A stretch of 64,000 nucleotides of DNA. Source: Octopus sinensis. Its lineage: Eukaryota. Where the stretch lies: NCBI RefSeq assembly GCF_006345805.1, contig NC_043016.1, positions 30,814,001-30,878,000 of the forward strand, in the 5' to 3' direction. The notes below the pieces were generated by a model. It ran no database searches and had not been told where the DNA came from. It was given only the letters and a program-made list of their open reading frames with translations. The position numbers and the translations under genes are program-made. Shown here in pieces: positions 63,942-64,000 of the stretch (position 1 is its first letter; every line of letters starts with the position of its first letter).

Positions 63942-64000
63942 CAGTTATTTAGTAAAATTTTTAAAAGCAGTATTCAGGTGTTGAACATAAAATTATGCTG

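Overview
AT-rich, microsatellite-dense animal genomic DNA. The repeat families (tRNA-headed CORE-type and Nin/Deu-type SINEs, RTE and CR1 LINE fragments) point to a coleoid cephalopod, most likely Octopus; this is inferred, not searched. The window lies in the 3' two-thirds of one + strand gene, an F-BAR and double SH3 domain protein of the FCHSD2 / Nervous wreck family. Nine phase-consistent GT-AG exons (1705-29588, 505 codons) encode the end of the F-BAR region, SH3a, a Pro-rich linker and SH3b. A complex, probably alternatively spliced 3' end follows: a Pro-rich exon, two large acidic low-complexity exons, two candidate microexons and several candidate terminal exons. The 5' exons lie upstream of the window. 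Introns contain SINEs (three with clear TSDs), RTE/CR1 fragments, a decayed hAT/Buster transposase, an internally deleted mariner, MITEs and a 100-N gap. The most unusual signal is a set of TA-flanked palindromic elements carrying minimal type I hammerhead ribozyme motifs (CUGAUGA...GAAAC-palindromic 4-mer-GUA), resembling Penelope-like element pseudo-LTRs. One is a perfect 375-bp palindrome, and a stand-alone sense-strand hammerhead sits at 42162-42240. Both complete motifs have a non-canonical purine-purine 10.1/11.1 position. All calls were made by eye; isoform models need RNA evidence.
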